A stretch of DNA of 37,700 nt, taken from IMG/VR virus record IMGVR_UViG_2541047736_000004, positions 1 through 37,700 of that record, one strand, 5' to 3'. Positions 1 to 8,544 of the stretch are shown one piece after another (position 1 is the stretch's first letter; the number at the start of each line of letters is the position of its first letter). The DNA is from a virus. Its lineage: Duplodnaviria > Heunggongvirae > Uroviricota > Caudoviricetes. Made by a program: the position numbers and the translations under genes. The notes beneath the pieces are model-generated. The model had not been told where the DNA came from and did no database searches. It worked only from the letters and a program-made list of their open reading frames with translations.

Positions 1-1248
1 ATGGCACTGAATATTCCATTCAGAAATGCGTACTATCGTTTTGCATCCAGTTACTCATTTCTCTTTTTTATTTCCTGGTCGCTGTGGTGGTCGTTATACG
101 CTATTTGGCTGAAAGGACATCTAGGGTTGACAGGGACGGAATTAGGTACACTTTATTCGGTCAACCAGTTTACCAGCATTCTATTTATGATGTTCTACGG
201 CATCGTTCAGGATAAACTCGGTCTGAAGAAACCGCTCATCTGGTGTATGAGTTTCATCCTGGTCTTGACCGGACCGTTTATGATTTACGTTTATGAACCG
301 TTACTGCAAAGCAATTTTTCTGTAGGTCTAATTCTGGGGGCGCTCTTTTTTGGCCTGGGGTATCTGGCGGGATGCGGTTTGCTTGACAGCTTCACCGAAA
401 AAATGGCGCGAAATTTTCATTTCGAATATGGAACAGCGCGCGCCTGGGGATCTTTTGGCTATGCTATTGGCGCGTTCTTTGCCGGCATATTTTTTAGTAT
501 CAGTCCCCATATCAACTTCTGGTTGGTCTCGCTATTTGGCGCTGTATTTATGATGATCAACATGTGTTTTAAAGATAAGGATCACCAGTGCGTAGCGGCG
601 GATGCGGGAGGGGTAAAAAAAGAGGATTTTATCGCAGTTTTCAAGGATCGAAACTTCTGGGTTTTCGTCATATTTATTGTGGGGACGTGGTCTTTCTATA
701 ACATTTTTGATCAACAACTTTTTCCTGTCTTTTATGCAGGTTTATTCGAATCACACGATGTAGGAACGCGCCTGTATGGTTATCTCAACTCATTCCAGGT
801 GGTACTCGAAGCGCTATGCATGGCGATTATTCCTTTCTTTGTGAATCGGGTAGGGCCAAAAAATGCATTACTTATCGGTGTTGTGATTATGGCGTTGCGT
901 ATCCTTTCCTGCGCGCTGTTCGTTAACCCCTGGATTATTTCATTAGTGAAGCTGTTACATGCTATTGAGGTTCCACTTTGTGTCATATCCGTCTTCAAAT
1001 ACAGCGTGGCAAATTTTGATAAGCGCCTGTCGTCGACGATCTTTCTGATTGGTTTTCAAATTGCCAGTTCGCTTGGGATTGTGCTGCTTTCAACGCCGAC
1101 TGGGATACTCTTTGACCACGCAGGCTACCAGACAGTTTTCTTCGCAATTTCGGGTATTGTCTGCCTGATGTTGCTATTTGGCATTTTCTTCTTGAGTAAA
1201 AAACGCGAGCAAATAGTTATGGAAACGCCTGTACCTTCAGCAATATAG
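1..1248 (+). CDS. cscB: Sucrose:H+ symporter, LacY-family MFS permease (415 aa)
   Basis: Full-length ORF with 12-TM MFS profile; sequence recognised from memory as E. coli CscB (N-terminus MALNIPFRNAYYRFASSYSF). Host gene flanking the prophage. Confidence 0.85.
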   Translation: MALNIPFRNAYYRFASSYSFLFFISWSLWWSLYAIWLKGHLGLTGTELGTLYSVNQFTSILFMMFYGIVQDKLGLKKPLIWCMSFILVLTGPFMIYVYEPLLQSNFSVGLILGALFFGLGYLAGCGLLDSFTEKMARNFHFEYGTARAWGSFGYAIGAFFAGIFFSISPHINFWLVSLFGAVFMMINMCFKDKDHQCVAADAGGVKKEDFIAVFKDRNFWVFVIFIVGTWSFYNIFDQQLFPVFYAGLFESHDVGTRLYGYLNSFQVVLEALCMAIIPFFVNRVGPKNALLIGVVIMALRILSCALFVNPWIISLVKLLHAIEVPLCVISVFKYSVANFDKRLSSTIFLIGFQIASSLGIVLLSTPTGILFDHAGYQTVFFAISGIVCLMLLFGIFFLSKKREQIVMETPVPSAI

Positions 1249-1690
1249 ACGTAAACTTTTTCCGGTTGTTGTCGATAGCTCTATATCCCTCAACCGGAAA
1301 ATAATAATAGTAAAATGCTTAGCCCTGCTAATAATCGCCTAATCCAAACGCCTCATTCATGTTCTGGTACAGTCGCTCAAATGTACTTCAGATGCGCGGT
1401 TCGCTGATTTCCAGGACATTGTCGTCATTCAGTGACCTGTCCCGTGTATCACGGTCCTGCGAATTCATCAAGGAATGCATTGCGGAGTGAAGTATCGAGT
1501 CACGCCATATTTCGCTATCAGGATTCTGTGTGATGGTTACATCGCCCGGCCCAGGGCTGTTTAGTCATCAGCGCTTTCTGACAGTGCTGAGATTTCAACC
1601 TGTTGCAGTAAAAATGAGTAGATATAAGGCAAGTGTGCTGCCAAACCCATCTTTTACGGGGTGAAGGTAGATTTCGTTTGAAGGGTATCT

Positions 1691-1705
1691 GGTGTCCCCT
1701 GCAGA
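1691..1705 (-). other. tRNA 3'-end fragment (candidate att core), identical to last 15 nt of tRNA-Arg(CCU) argW as recalled
   Basis: Plus strand reads TGGTGTCCCCTGCAG, the reverse complement of CTGCAGGGGACACCA (acceptor 3' strand ending ACCA); sequence beyond does not fold as a tRNA, so only the terminal core is present. Confidence 0.45.
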
Positions 1706-1777
1706 CATCTACTTGAAGCAGCAGGGGATTGATTGGAATGGTGTTTTTTAGATGTGAGAAATATTTTACCCGCTATT

Positions 1778-1978
1778 TTACCCATTGGCGCGGCTTAAGA
1801 GCTTATTTTTGAATTCACAATGGTCACGATATAACCATCTTGCTCGACCGTGGATAACTTTGGCTTTTGGCAGGTCGCCGGACTTAATCCGGTCATAGAT
1901 GAAGGTTTTACCAAAGCCAGTATCAGCCATGATGAATTTCAAATCAACCAGTGAATCAGGCTGTAGTTCGTGTTGCAT
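1778..1978 (-). CDS. AlpA-family phage transcriptional regulator / excisionase-like HTH protein (66 aa)
   Basis: Small ORF with the AlpA/Xis-like pattern (FIMADTGFGKTFIYDRIKSGDLPKAKVIHGRARWLYRDHCEF); sits at the prophage end where xis/int are expected. Confidence 0.7.
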   Translation of the reverse strand: MQHELQPDSLVDLKFIMADTGFGKTFIYDRIKSGDLPKAKVIHGRARWLYRDHCEFKNKLLSRANG

Positions 1979-1997
1979 GAGTGCTATCTCCGAATAG

Positions 1998-2013
1998 GGA
2001 ATCGAACCTGCAA
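1998..2013 (-). other. tRNA T-arm fragment (16 nt identical to the variable/T-arm segment of the same tRNA-Arg-like gene)
   Basis: Plus strand GGAATCGAACCTGCAA is the reverse complement of TTGCAGGTTCGATTCC; no pairing partner for a T-stem follows, so it is a fragment. Confidence 0.4.
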
Positions 2014-2018
2014 ATCAG

Positions 2019-2041
2019 GCAATAAAAAACCGCCATCAGGC
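2019..2041 (-). terminator. Intrinsic terminator between the 266-aa gene and the AlpA-like gene
   Basis: Minus-strand hairpin CCGCC-tgat-GGCGG followed by TTTTTTATTG. Confidence 0.5.
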
Positions 2042-2260
2042 GGCTTGGTGTTCTTTCAGTTCTTCAATTCGAATATTGGTTACGTCTGCATGTGCTATCT
2101 GCGCCCACAGCATCCAGTGGTCATAGCAGTCGTTGATGTTCTCTGCTTCGATAACTCTGTTGAATGGTTCTCCATTCCATTCACCTGTTACTCGGAAGTG
2201 CATTTATCATCTCCATAAAACAAAACTCGCCGTAGCGAGTTCAGATAAAAGAAATCCGCA

Positions 2261-3061
2261 TTAAGCGGCGTCGGTGAATTCAAATAAAAAACCGGCTTGC
2301 GCCGGCTCTCTCATCTTTCTGTCTACCCATGCTGATATCGATGGCGGGTGCACCTTTTCAATAGCAGCGCGAAGTACAGCTGTGCGTGCCAGTTTGTCGG
2401 TAATCTCAGGAAATCGCTTCTCTGTCTTCGGTACGTTAACAGCAACATTAGTAGAATCCGCACTGGCGAACGGATACATACCAAGAACTCTCACGTCGAG
2501 CATTCGAAGACCATGAATTTTCACTTTCAAATTACGATTGATATAAAGCTCAGTGAAAACTTCATCCATTCTCTGTTCCCACCATTTAGAGCGTATGTGC
2601 CTGTGTGGTCCGCAGCATCCAATCGCCACCCATTCAAATTTGCTAGAAAGGCGTAAAAGACGTTCAATTGATTCGTCGGTATGCCAGACCGGAACCGCTT
2701 TTGATTTTAGCCAATCAGGAACCAACTCAATCTGCTCGTCGTTTTCTGCCTCTGTCCCTTCGATAACGTCAGGTATAAGAAACCATTCAATTCTGCTGAA
2801 CCACTTCCCAACAAAGTCGTAGAATTTTGCTCGTCTCTTACTCCAGTCTACCGGAGTGCCTTTCTTTAATGCTTTCATCCAGTCGCTAAAAGCGCCGTTA
2901 TCAAGGCGTATATCACAAGGGAACATGGCAATCTTTTTCATCTGCTCTGGTCTGGCAAATGAAACAAAAGCCCCACCATCACGGTAAAGGGCTTTAATCA
3001 GCATATCTGTAGGGGCATGCTCATCCCCCCATATTGGGCTGCCGTGAAAGTGGATGGTCAT
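2261..3061 (-). CDS. Hypothetical protein (266 aa); weak resemblance to tRNA-guanine transglycosylase (TGT/DpdA-like) catalytic motif
   Basis: Long ORF with AT-rich upstream region; contains LDNGAF resembling the TGT catalytic motif TDSGGFQ, plus a second Asp-containing segment (ADSTNV). Assignment is motif-level only. Confidence 0.3.
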   Translation of the reverse strand: MTIHFHGSPIWGDEHAPTDMLIKALYRDGGAFVSFARPEQMKKIAMFPCDIRLDNGAFSDWMKALKKGTPVDWSKRRAKFYDFVGKWFSRIEWFLIPDVIEGTEAENDEQIELVPDWLKSKAVPVWHTDESIERLLRLSSKFEWVAIGCCGPHRHIRSKWWEQRMDEVFTELYINRNLKVKIHGLRMLDVRVLGMYPFASADSTNVAVNVPKTEKRFPEITDKLARTAVLRAAIEKVHPPSISAWVDRKMREPAQAGFLFEFTDAA

Positions 3062-3225
3062 ATTATCCCCATATAAAAGAAATCCCCGCGAGTGCGAGGA
3101 TTGTTATTCATTGCCGATATTTACATTTATTTCGAATATCTTTACTGGGTAATCGCCAAAGTCATATGTTTTTTATTCTGTTTTATAAGCACTACTAAGT
3201 ACTGCTTATTACAAATAAGAAAAGG

Positions 3226-3257
3226 CTGAAAAAATATTTAAGGCCACAACTGTGGCC
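3226..3257 (-). terminator. Intrinsic terminator of the LprI-like gene
   Basis: Minus-strand hairpin GGCCAC-agtt-GTGGCC followed by TTAAATATTTTTTCAG, immediately after the stop at 3268. Confidence 0.6.
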
Positions 3258-3267
3258 CTAAATTTAC

Positions 3268-3966
3268 TTACGGCACTGCGTTAATCAGATTACAAATACC
3301 TCTTTTGGCAGGGTCTGAATTCAACTTCTGGAAATTGGCGTTCAACATAGCAGTGTGTAAGTGATTCTCAACCTCAAAGAATAGGTCGATTTTGCCCTCT
3401 TTGGCTGCATGTTTCTTCCAAACATTCACTTGGTCATCAGCAATACGACTGGCGCAAGTGAACAAGAACGAACTGCCTCTAGGAATGGATGTCGTGCTGT
3501 AATACTCACCATCTACTTCTACATATTTAGCTCGGAATGACTCTAAGGTTAGCTTATTGCCGTTCTTGACCGACTTAGCTTCTGCCTTACTTGTTTCTTC
3601 CTGCTCTTTAGAATGTTTCTGCGCCGACGTGGGTATGTCATTGGCCGCTGTTACGCTGACTGAACTCCCCAAACCTTTGAGGCCATTAATTTGGATAAGA
3701 TAAGCCAGCTCCAGAGCCTTATTATCAGTGAGTTTTCCACGCATATTTACCCACTGACGTTGAACCATTTTTAGGGTGTCTGCGTTCTCTGGGTTTCCTT
3801 TGAGGGCACTAGAATAGGCAGAGCTAAGCTGTTCGTCTAATTTTGACAGACGTTCGTTATCGCAGATTTTATGTTCGATTGCTGTCGAAGCCTTTTGGCA
3901 GTCAAAGCTGGCTGCAAATGCACCCGGCGATGCCACTAACAATGATGCCAGTAGGATATTTTTCAT
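3268..3966 (-). CDS. Secreted DUF1311 / lysozyme-inhibitor LprI-like protein (232 aa from MKNILL start)
   Basis: Signal peptide MKNILLASLLVASPGAFA followed by FDCQKA...ICDN...LDEQL, typical of the LprI N-terminal domain; GGAG RBS before the internal ATG at 3966; own terminator and AT-rich upstream region. Confidence 0.6.
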   Translation of the reverse strand: MKNILLASLLVASPGAFAASFDCQKASTAIEHKICDNERLSKLDEQLSSAYSSALKGNPENADTLKMVQRQWVNMRGKLTDNKALELAYLIQINGLKGLGSSVSVTAANDIPTSAQKHSKEQEETSKAEAKSVKNGNKLTLESFRAKYVEVDGEYYSTTSIPRGSSFLFTCASRIADDQVNVWKKHAAKEGKIDLFFEVENHLHTAMLNANFQKLNSDPAKRGICNLINAVP

Positions 3967-4096
3967 ATTCACTCCATAAATACAAAAGCGCATTACTATA
4001 GCACTTAACCGATCGCTTATCTCGCCCGTTCGTCATTCTTATCTAACCAGAACATGCGACTGCCACAGCACATGTCGAGGATTGCTGCATGTCCAG

Positions 4097-4645
4097 TCAC
4101 TGGTTGCCTCCTTTGCGAAGCTGGGCGGCTAACTCATCACATATGTGCGTCAAAGAGCAAAGTTTGATTGATGGATGTTCGCGCATCATCTCCACCCCCT
4201 GCGCCCGTACTTCAGCCAGGAAAGCATCGGTGGCTGGCATATTTCCTGTTGCCTTCATGGCCTCCAAAATAACCAGAACACCATCTCTCCCAATCTCCTC
4301 GCAGATAACCTCGGTGCTGTCGCCAACAACATCGCAGAATTCCTGAACTGCTTTACGAGCCAGCTCATTCTCCGCCGCCAGCGCCGAAAACTTCTCGTGT
4401 GCCAACTTAACAGCTGCATCAGCCTGCTTAATTGACTCAGTCGCTTTCTGGTGGTCTTCGGCCAGCCCTGCTAAATCAGCCTCCAGTTCGGCTAGGCGTT
4501 CATTTAATGCATCTCGTTCATCCAGTAGAGCCAGCACAACCTGAGGTGTGACTTTCATACGAAATGCCAGCAATTTTTGAGGTGTTGCTACTGTTTCAAT
4601 TGCTACTGCCGCCTCACGCAGTGCCTGAGAGTTAATTTCGCTCAC
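4097..4645 (-). CDS. Ead/Ea22-like coiled-coil phage protein (182 aa)
   Basis: N-terminus MSEINSQALREAA... and coiled-coil composition resemble the Ea22-like family of lambdoid early-left regions; start overlaps the TraR-like stop (ATGA). Confidence 0.55.
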   Translation of the reverse strand: MSEINSQALREAAVAIETVATPQKLLAFRMKVTPQVVLALLDERDALNERLAELEADLAGLAEDHQKATESIKQADAAVKLAHEKFSALAAENELARKAVQEFCDVVGDSTEVICEEIGRDGVLVILEAMKATGNMPATDAFLAEVRAQGVEMMREHPSIKLCSLTHICDELAAQLRKGGNQ

Positions 4646-4863
4646 TTCGAACCTCTCTGTTTACTGATAAGTTCCAGATCCTCCTGGCAACTTGCACAAG
4701 TCCGACAACCCTGAACGGCCAGGCGTCTTCGTTCATCTAGCGGATCGCCACACTCACAACAATGAGTGGCAGATATAGCCTGGTGGTTCAGGCGGCGCAT
4801 TTTTATTGCTGTGTTGCGCTGTAATTCTTCAATTTCTGATGCTGAATCAATGATGTCTGCCAT
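4642..4863 (-). CDS. TraR/DksA-family C4 zinc-finger protein (73 aa)
   Basis: Two Cys pairs (CCEC ... CRTCASC) at the C-terminus; size and position typical of phage TraR-like proteins. Confidence 0.7.
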   Translation of the reverse strand: MADIIDSASEIEELQRNTAIKMRRLNHQAISATHCCECGDPLDERRRLAVQGCRTCASCQEDLELISKQRGSK

Positions 4864-4911
4864 CTTTCATTAATCCCTGAATTGTTGGTTAATACGCTTG
4901 AGGGTGAATGC

Positions 4912-4939
4912 GAATAAGAAAAAAGGAGCCTGTAGCTCC
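4912..4939 (-). terminator. Intrinsic terminator downstream of the DGQHR gene
   Basis: Minus-strand hairpin GGAGC-tacag-GCTCC followed by TTTTTTCTTATTCG. Confidence 0.55.
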
Positions 4940-5016
4940 ATGATGATTTTGTTTTTCATGCTCACCGTTCCTTAAAGACGCCGTACAGCATGCTGATATG
5001 AGACAATGTTGATTCA

Positions 5017-6081
5017 TTAAGTTGTTTCCAGACTTCCTTTGGTAAAAGCTTGTATCAGTCTGTTTGCTGCTGCTTTCTGCGCTGCCACATTGGCAATAAC
5101 CGATAGTTTTTCCTGGCTGGCTTTCGTGCAGATCCCCGCCCAGTTATCCATCAGAAAAAAATCCTCTCTTTCTGCAGAGCTGGTAGTTGCACAGAGTTTT
5201 TCGATCATAGAAGTTATTTCTGCGATGGAATGATTAACCATCATCTGTTGAACCGCAAAACCGAAAGCGTTAATCATTACTCCATGGAACTGAATATAAT
5301 CGCGCTTGTACGTAGCGTGGTGTACACCATGTCGGATTGAGTCAATCTGAGTTAGTGTAATCCATGCCTCCCAGACAGATTCTATATATCCCATTTCAAG
5401 TTGTTGATTGCCGTTCCTAGCAAACTTTGACGTTGCATCAGTGAGTGCCTTGAAACTCACCCACATATTACTTTTTAATGGCACTACGTTGTGTTCAAAA
5501 TCGGTTATATCGGCAAATACAGTATGTTGGGTCAGGAAGGATATCATTCCCTGAGCAATATCATCCCGGCCGTTATACGCCATATTGATGGTCGCTGATG
5601 GCTTAGAAACGTTGTTATTTATGTCCGAAAAGAACTGCTGCCGGGTTTTTAGCGGCAGATTCATTGTAAGCATCATGGGAACCATGAGCGTTGATGGGGA
5701 ACTTCGGCAAAATATCTCAATGCCAGCTGCACGATGTTGGCCATCAAAAAGTTTTATTTCGGCGTCGAGGGGAATTCTGGCTATACCAACATTTGTGTTG
5801 CCAAACGGTACAAATTCTATATTCGAATCACAGTTACCTACGAGAGGGGGAATGATAAAAGGCTCATTTCTTGAGTCTGCGTTAGTGAGATAATTTAAAA
5901 ATTTTCGTACTCGATTTGGATTAATTTCTCGCTGAGAGCGTTCCAGTGTATGGCCGTAATTATCTGAAGCGAGGAAACGAGCCAGCGATCTTCCTGGTAT
6001 GGTAAGGAAGAGTGTAACAGTACCACCCTGTACACCTTGCGATGCCGGAAATTCGAATGAATGATTACCAACCTGACTCAT
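5017..6081 (-). CDS. DGQHR-domain protein (DndB/DpdB-like, 354 aa)
   Basis: Exact DGQHR motif in KLFDGQHRAAGIEIF; size fits DndB-like proteins; start codon overlaps the stop of the upstream small ORF. Confidence 0.7.
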   Translation of the reverse strand: MSQVGNHSFEFPASQGVQGGTVTLFLTIPGRSLARFLASDNYGHTLERSQREINPNRVRKFLNYLTNADSRNEPFIIPPLVGNCDSNIEFVPFGNTNVGIARIPLDAEIKLFDGQHRAAGIEIFCRSSPSTLMVPMMLTMNLPLKTRQQFFSDINNNVSKPSATINMAYNGRDDIAQGMISFLTQHTVFADITDFEHNVVPLKSNMWVSFKALTDATSKFARNGNQQLEMGYIESVWEAWITLTQIDSIRHGVHHATYKRDYIQFHGVMINAFGFAVQQMMVNHSIAEITSMIEKLCATTSSAEREDFFLMDNWAGICTKASQEKLSVIANVAAQKAAANRLIQAFTKGSLETT

Positions 6082-6236
6082 ATATCCTCCTGTTTATTAT
6101 TTATCTTCTCAGCCAGCCGCTGTGCTTTCAGTGGATTTCTGATAACAGAAAGGCCGGGAAATACCCAGCCTCGCTTTGTAATGGAGTAGACGAAAGTGAT
6201 CGCGCCTACCCGGATATTATCGTGAGGATGCGTCAT
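6078..6236 (-). CDS. Small lambda orf60a-like protein (52 aa), translationally coupled to exo and the DGQHR gene
   Basis: ORF not in the supplied track (under 60 aa); translated by hand as [52 protein letters not shown]; ATG overlaps the exo stop (ATGA) and its stop overlaps the DGQHR start. Confidence 0.45.
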   Translation of the reverse strand: MTHPHDNIRVGAITFVYSITKRGWVFPGLSVIRNPLKAQRLAEKINNKQEDI

Positions 6237-6913
6237 CGCCATTGCTCCCCAAATACAAAACCAATTTCAGCCAGTGCCTCGTCCATTTTTTCGATGAACT
6301 CCGGCACCATCTCGTCAAAACTCGCCATGTACTTTTCATCCCGCTCAACCACGACATAATGCAGTCCTTCACGCTTCATACGCGGGTCATAGTTGGCAAA
6401 GTACCAGGCATCTTTTCGTGTCACCCACATGCTGTACTGCACCTGGGCCATGTAAGCCGACTTTATGGCCTCGAAACCACCGAGCCGGAACTTCATGAAA
6501 TCCCGGGAGGTAAACGGGCATTTCAGCTCAAGGCCATTGCCGTTACTGCATAAACCATCGGGAGAGCAGGCGGTGCGCATACTTTCGTCGCGATAGATGA
6601 TCGGGGATTCAGTAACATTCACGCCGGAAGTGAATTCAAACAGGGTTCTGGCGTCGTTCTCGTACTGTTTTCCCCAGGCCAGCGCCTTAGCATTAACTTC
6701 CGGAGCCACACCGGTGCAAACCTCAGCCAGCAGGGTGTGGAAGTAGGACATTTTCATGTCAGGCCACTTCTTTCCTGAGCGGGGCTTTGCTATCACGTTG
6801 TGAACTTCTGAAGCGGTGATGACGCCGAGCCGTAATTTGTGCCATGCATCATCCCCCTGTTCGACAGCTCTCACGTCGATCCCGGTACGCTGCAGGATAA
6901 TGTCCGGTGTCAT
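6233..6913 (-). CDS. exo: Lambda exonuclease (Red-alpha), 226 aa
   Basis: Near-identical to lambda Exo as recalled; overlaps bet stop. Confidence 0.95.
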   Translation of the reverse strand: MTPDIILQRTGIDVRAVEQGDDAWHKLRLGVITASEVHNVIAKPRSGKKWPDMKMSYFHTLLAEVCTGVAPEVNAKALAWGKQYENDARTLFEFTSGVNVTESPIIYRDESMRTACSPDGLCSNGNGLELKCPFTSRDFMKFRLGGFEAIKSAYMAQVQYSMWVTRKDAWYFANYDPRMKREGLHYVVVERDEKYMASFDEMVPEFIEKMDEALAEIGFVFGEQWR

Positions 6914-7695
6914 GCTGCCACCTTCTGCTCAGTGGCTTTCTGTTTCAGGAATCCAAGAGCTTTCACTGCTTCGGCCTGTGTCAGTTCTGACGATGCGCGA
7001 ATGTCGCGGCGAAATATCTGGGAACAGAGCGGCAATAAGTCGTCATCCCATGTTTTATCCAGGGCGATCAGCAGAGTGTTAATCTCCTGCATGGTTTCAT
7101 CGTTAACCGGAGTGATGTCGCGTTCCGGCTGACGTTCTGCAGTGTATGCAGTATTTTCGACAATGCGCTCGGCTTCATCCTTGTCATAGATACCAGCAAA
7201 TCCGAAGGCCAGACGGGCACACTGAATCATGGCTTTATGCCGTAACATCCGTTTGGGATGCGACTGCCACGGCCCCGTGATTTCTCTGCCTTCGCGGGTT
7301 TTGAATGGTTCGCGGCGGCATTCATCCATCCACTCGGTGACGCAGATGGGATGATTGCGGTCCTTGCGGTAAATCCGGCATGTACAGGATTCATTGTCCT
7401 GCTCAAAGTCCATACCATCAAACTGCTGGTTTTCATTGATGATGCGGGACCAGCCATCAACGCCCACCACCGGAACAATGCCGTTCTGCTTATCAGGGAA
7501 GGCGTAAATTTCTTTCGTCCACGGATTAAGGCCGTACTGGTTGGCGACGATCAACAATGCGATGAACTGCGCATCGCTGGCATCACCTTTAAATGCCGTC
7601 TGGCGAAGAGTGGTGATCAGTTCCTGTGGGTCGACAGAATCCATGCCGACACGTTCAGCCAGCTTCCCAGCCAGCGTTGCGAGTGCTGTACTCAT
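6910..7695 (-). CDS. bet: Lambda Bet (Red-beta) single-strand annealing protein, 261 aa
   Basis: Near-identical to lambda Bet as recalled. Confidence 0.95.
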   Translation of the reverse strand: MSTALATLAGKLAERVGMDSVDPQELITTLRQTAFKGDASDAQFIALLIVANQYGLNPWTKEIYAFPDKQNGIVPVVGVDGWSRIINENQQFDGMDFEQDNESCTCRIYRKDRNHPICVTEWMDECRREPFKTREGREITGPWQSHPKRMLRHKAMIQCARLAFGFAGIYDKDEAERIVENTAYTAERQPERDITPVNDETMQEINTLLIALDKTWDDDLLPLCSQIFRRDIRASSELTQAEAVKALGFLKQKATEQKVAA

Positions 7696-7700
7696 CCGTT

Positions 7701-7997
7701 TTATACCTCTGAATCAATATCAAACTGGTGGTGAGCAATGATTTCAACCATGTACCGGATGTGTTCTGCCATGCGCTCCTGAAACTCAACATCGTCATCA
7801 AACGCACGGGTAATGGCTTTTTTGCTGGCCCCGTGGCGTTGCAAATGATCGATGCATAGCGATTCAAACAGGTGCTGGGGCAGGCCTTTTTCCATGTCGT
7901 CTGCCAGTTCTGCCTCTTTCTCTTCACGGGCGATCTGCTGGTAGTGACGTGCCCAGCTCTGAGCCTCAAGACGATCCTGAATGTAATAAGCGTTCAT
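7701..7997 (-). CDS. gam: Gam (RecBCD inhibitor), 98-aa short form
   Basis: Matches lambda GamS ([21 protein letters not shown]...). Confidence 0.9.
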   Translation of the reverse strand: MNAYYIQDRLEAQSWARHYQQIAREEKEAELADDMEKGLPQHLFESLCIDHLQRHGASKKAITRAFDDDVEFQERMAEHIRYMVEIIAHHQFDIDSEV

Positions 7998-8072
7998 GGC
8001 TGAACTCCTGAAAATGGCTGTGAAAATATCGCCCGCGAAATGCCAGGCTGATTAGGAAAACAGGAAAGGGGA

Positions 8073-8483
8073 TTAGTGATTCAGGCCGTTACCGCGTCCG
8101 TCGAGAAAAACTTCCACGAGCAAATCACGGGTATAAGTGCGCTCGATGCCGCGATGCAGATATAGCCGTCCGCGTAAATTAGCTGATGCAGTCCAGGTAC
8201 CATCTTTGTGTTTGACCAGCATTCCTGGCATGACCGCACCTCGATTAACGGTCTGCGTTCCGTAATGTTGATGAACCATAAAAACTCCTGCCCGTAAGCT
8301 GGGCTGCTGAACATATAGAGACTTCTGCGCGTATTCAGGCGGTGGATGGCCGCCGGTTGTCATAACTAAGTCGCCTCGTTGAAGCGACTGAGGTATGAAG
8401 TGTTGAGTTGATTTCAGCTGGTCACACCGACGTTCACGCGTCCGCTTCACCCCTCGCACTCCCCGGAGCCTGCTGAAATTCAA
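8073..8483 (-). CDS. Candidate N-like antiterminator, first gene of the pL operon (non-ATG start; alternative GTG at 8450)
   Basis: First ORF downstream of the pL-like promoter; Arg-rich N-terminal segment KRTRERR resembles the lambda N ARM (TRRRERR); otherwise no recognisable similarity. Confidence 0.3.
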   Translation of the reverse strand: MNFSRLRGVRGVKRTRERRCDQLKSTQHFIPQSLQRGDLVMTTGGHPPPEYAQKSLYVQQPSLRAGVFMVHQHYGTQTVNRGAVMPGMLVKHKDGTWTASANLRGRLYLHRGIERTYTRDLLVEVFLDGRGNGLNH

Positions 8484-8544
8484 GCTGCGGATCTAAGCGG
8501 TCATCGCAACGGTGAATCAGGTGATTGCCGTATCGTTGTGTTGT

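Noticed and set aside
1691-2013. A complete tRNA gene
   Set aside because: The two segments match adjacent parts of a tRNA 3' half, but neither is followed by sequence that can form an acceptor stem, D-arm or anticodon arm; they are fragments only.
1970-2218. Plus-strand 82-aa ORF overlapping the tRNA fragment and terminator region
   Set aside because: It spans a terminator hairpin and a tRNA-derived fragment, has no RBS I can see and no recognisable sequence features; likely spurious.
1249-2260. An integrase or excisionase pair at the prophage left end
   Set aside because: Searched both strands between cscB and the 266-aa gene: only a 66-aa AlpA-like ORF is present and nothing of integrase length (300 aa or more) exists.
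2274-2822. Plus-strand ORFs (2274-2516, 2348-2656, 2553-2822) opposite the 266-aa gene
   Set aside because: They overlap each other and the longer minus-strand ORF, which has the coherent reading frame; treated as antisense artefacts.
6042-6553. Plus-strand ORFs 6042-6359 and 6242-6553 overlapping exo
   Set aside because: Antisense to lambda exo and the orf60a-like ORF, whose identities are well supported.
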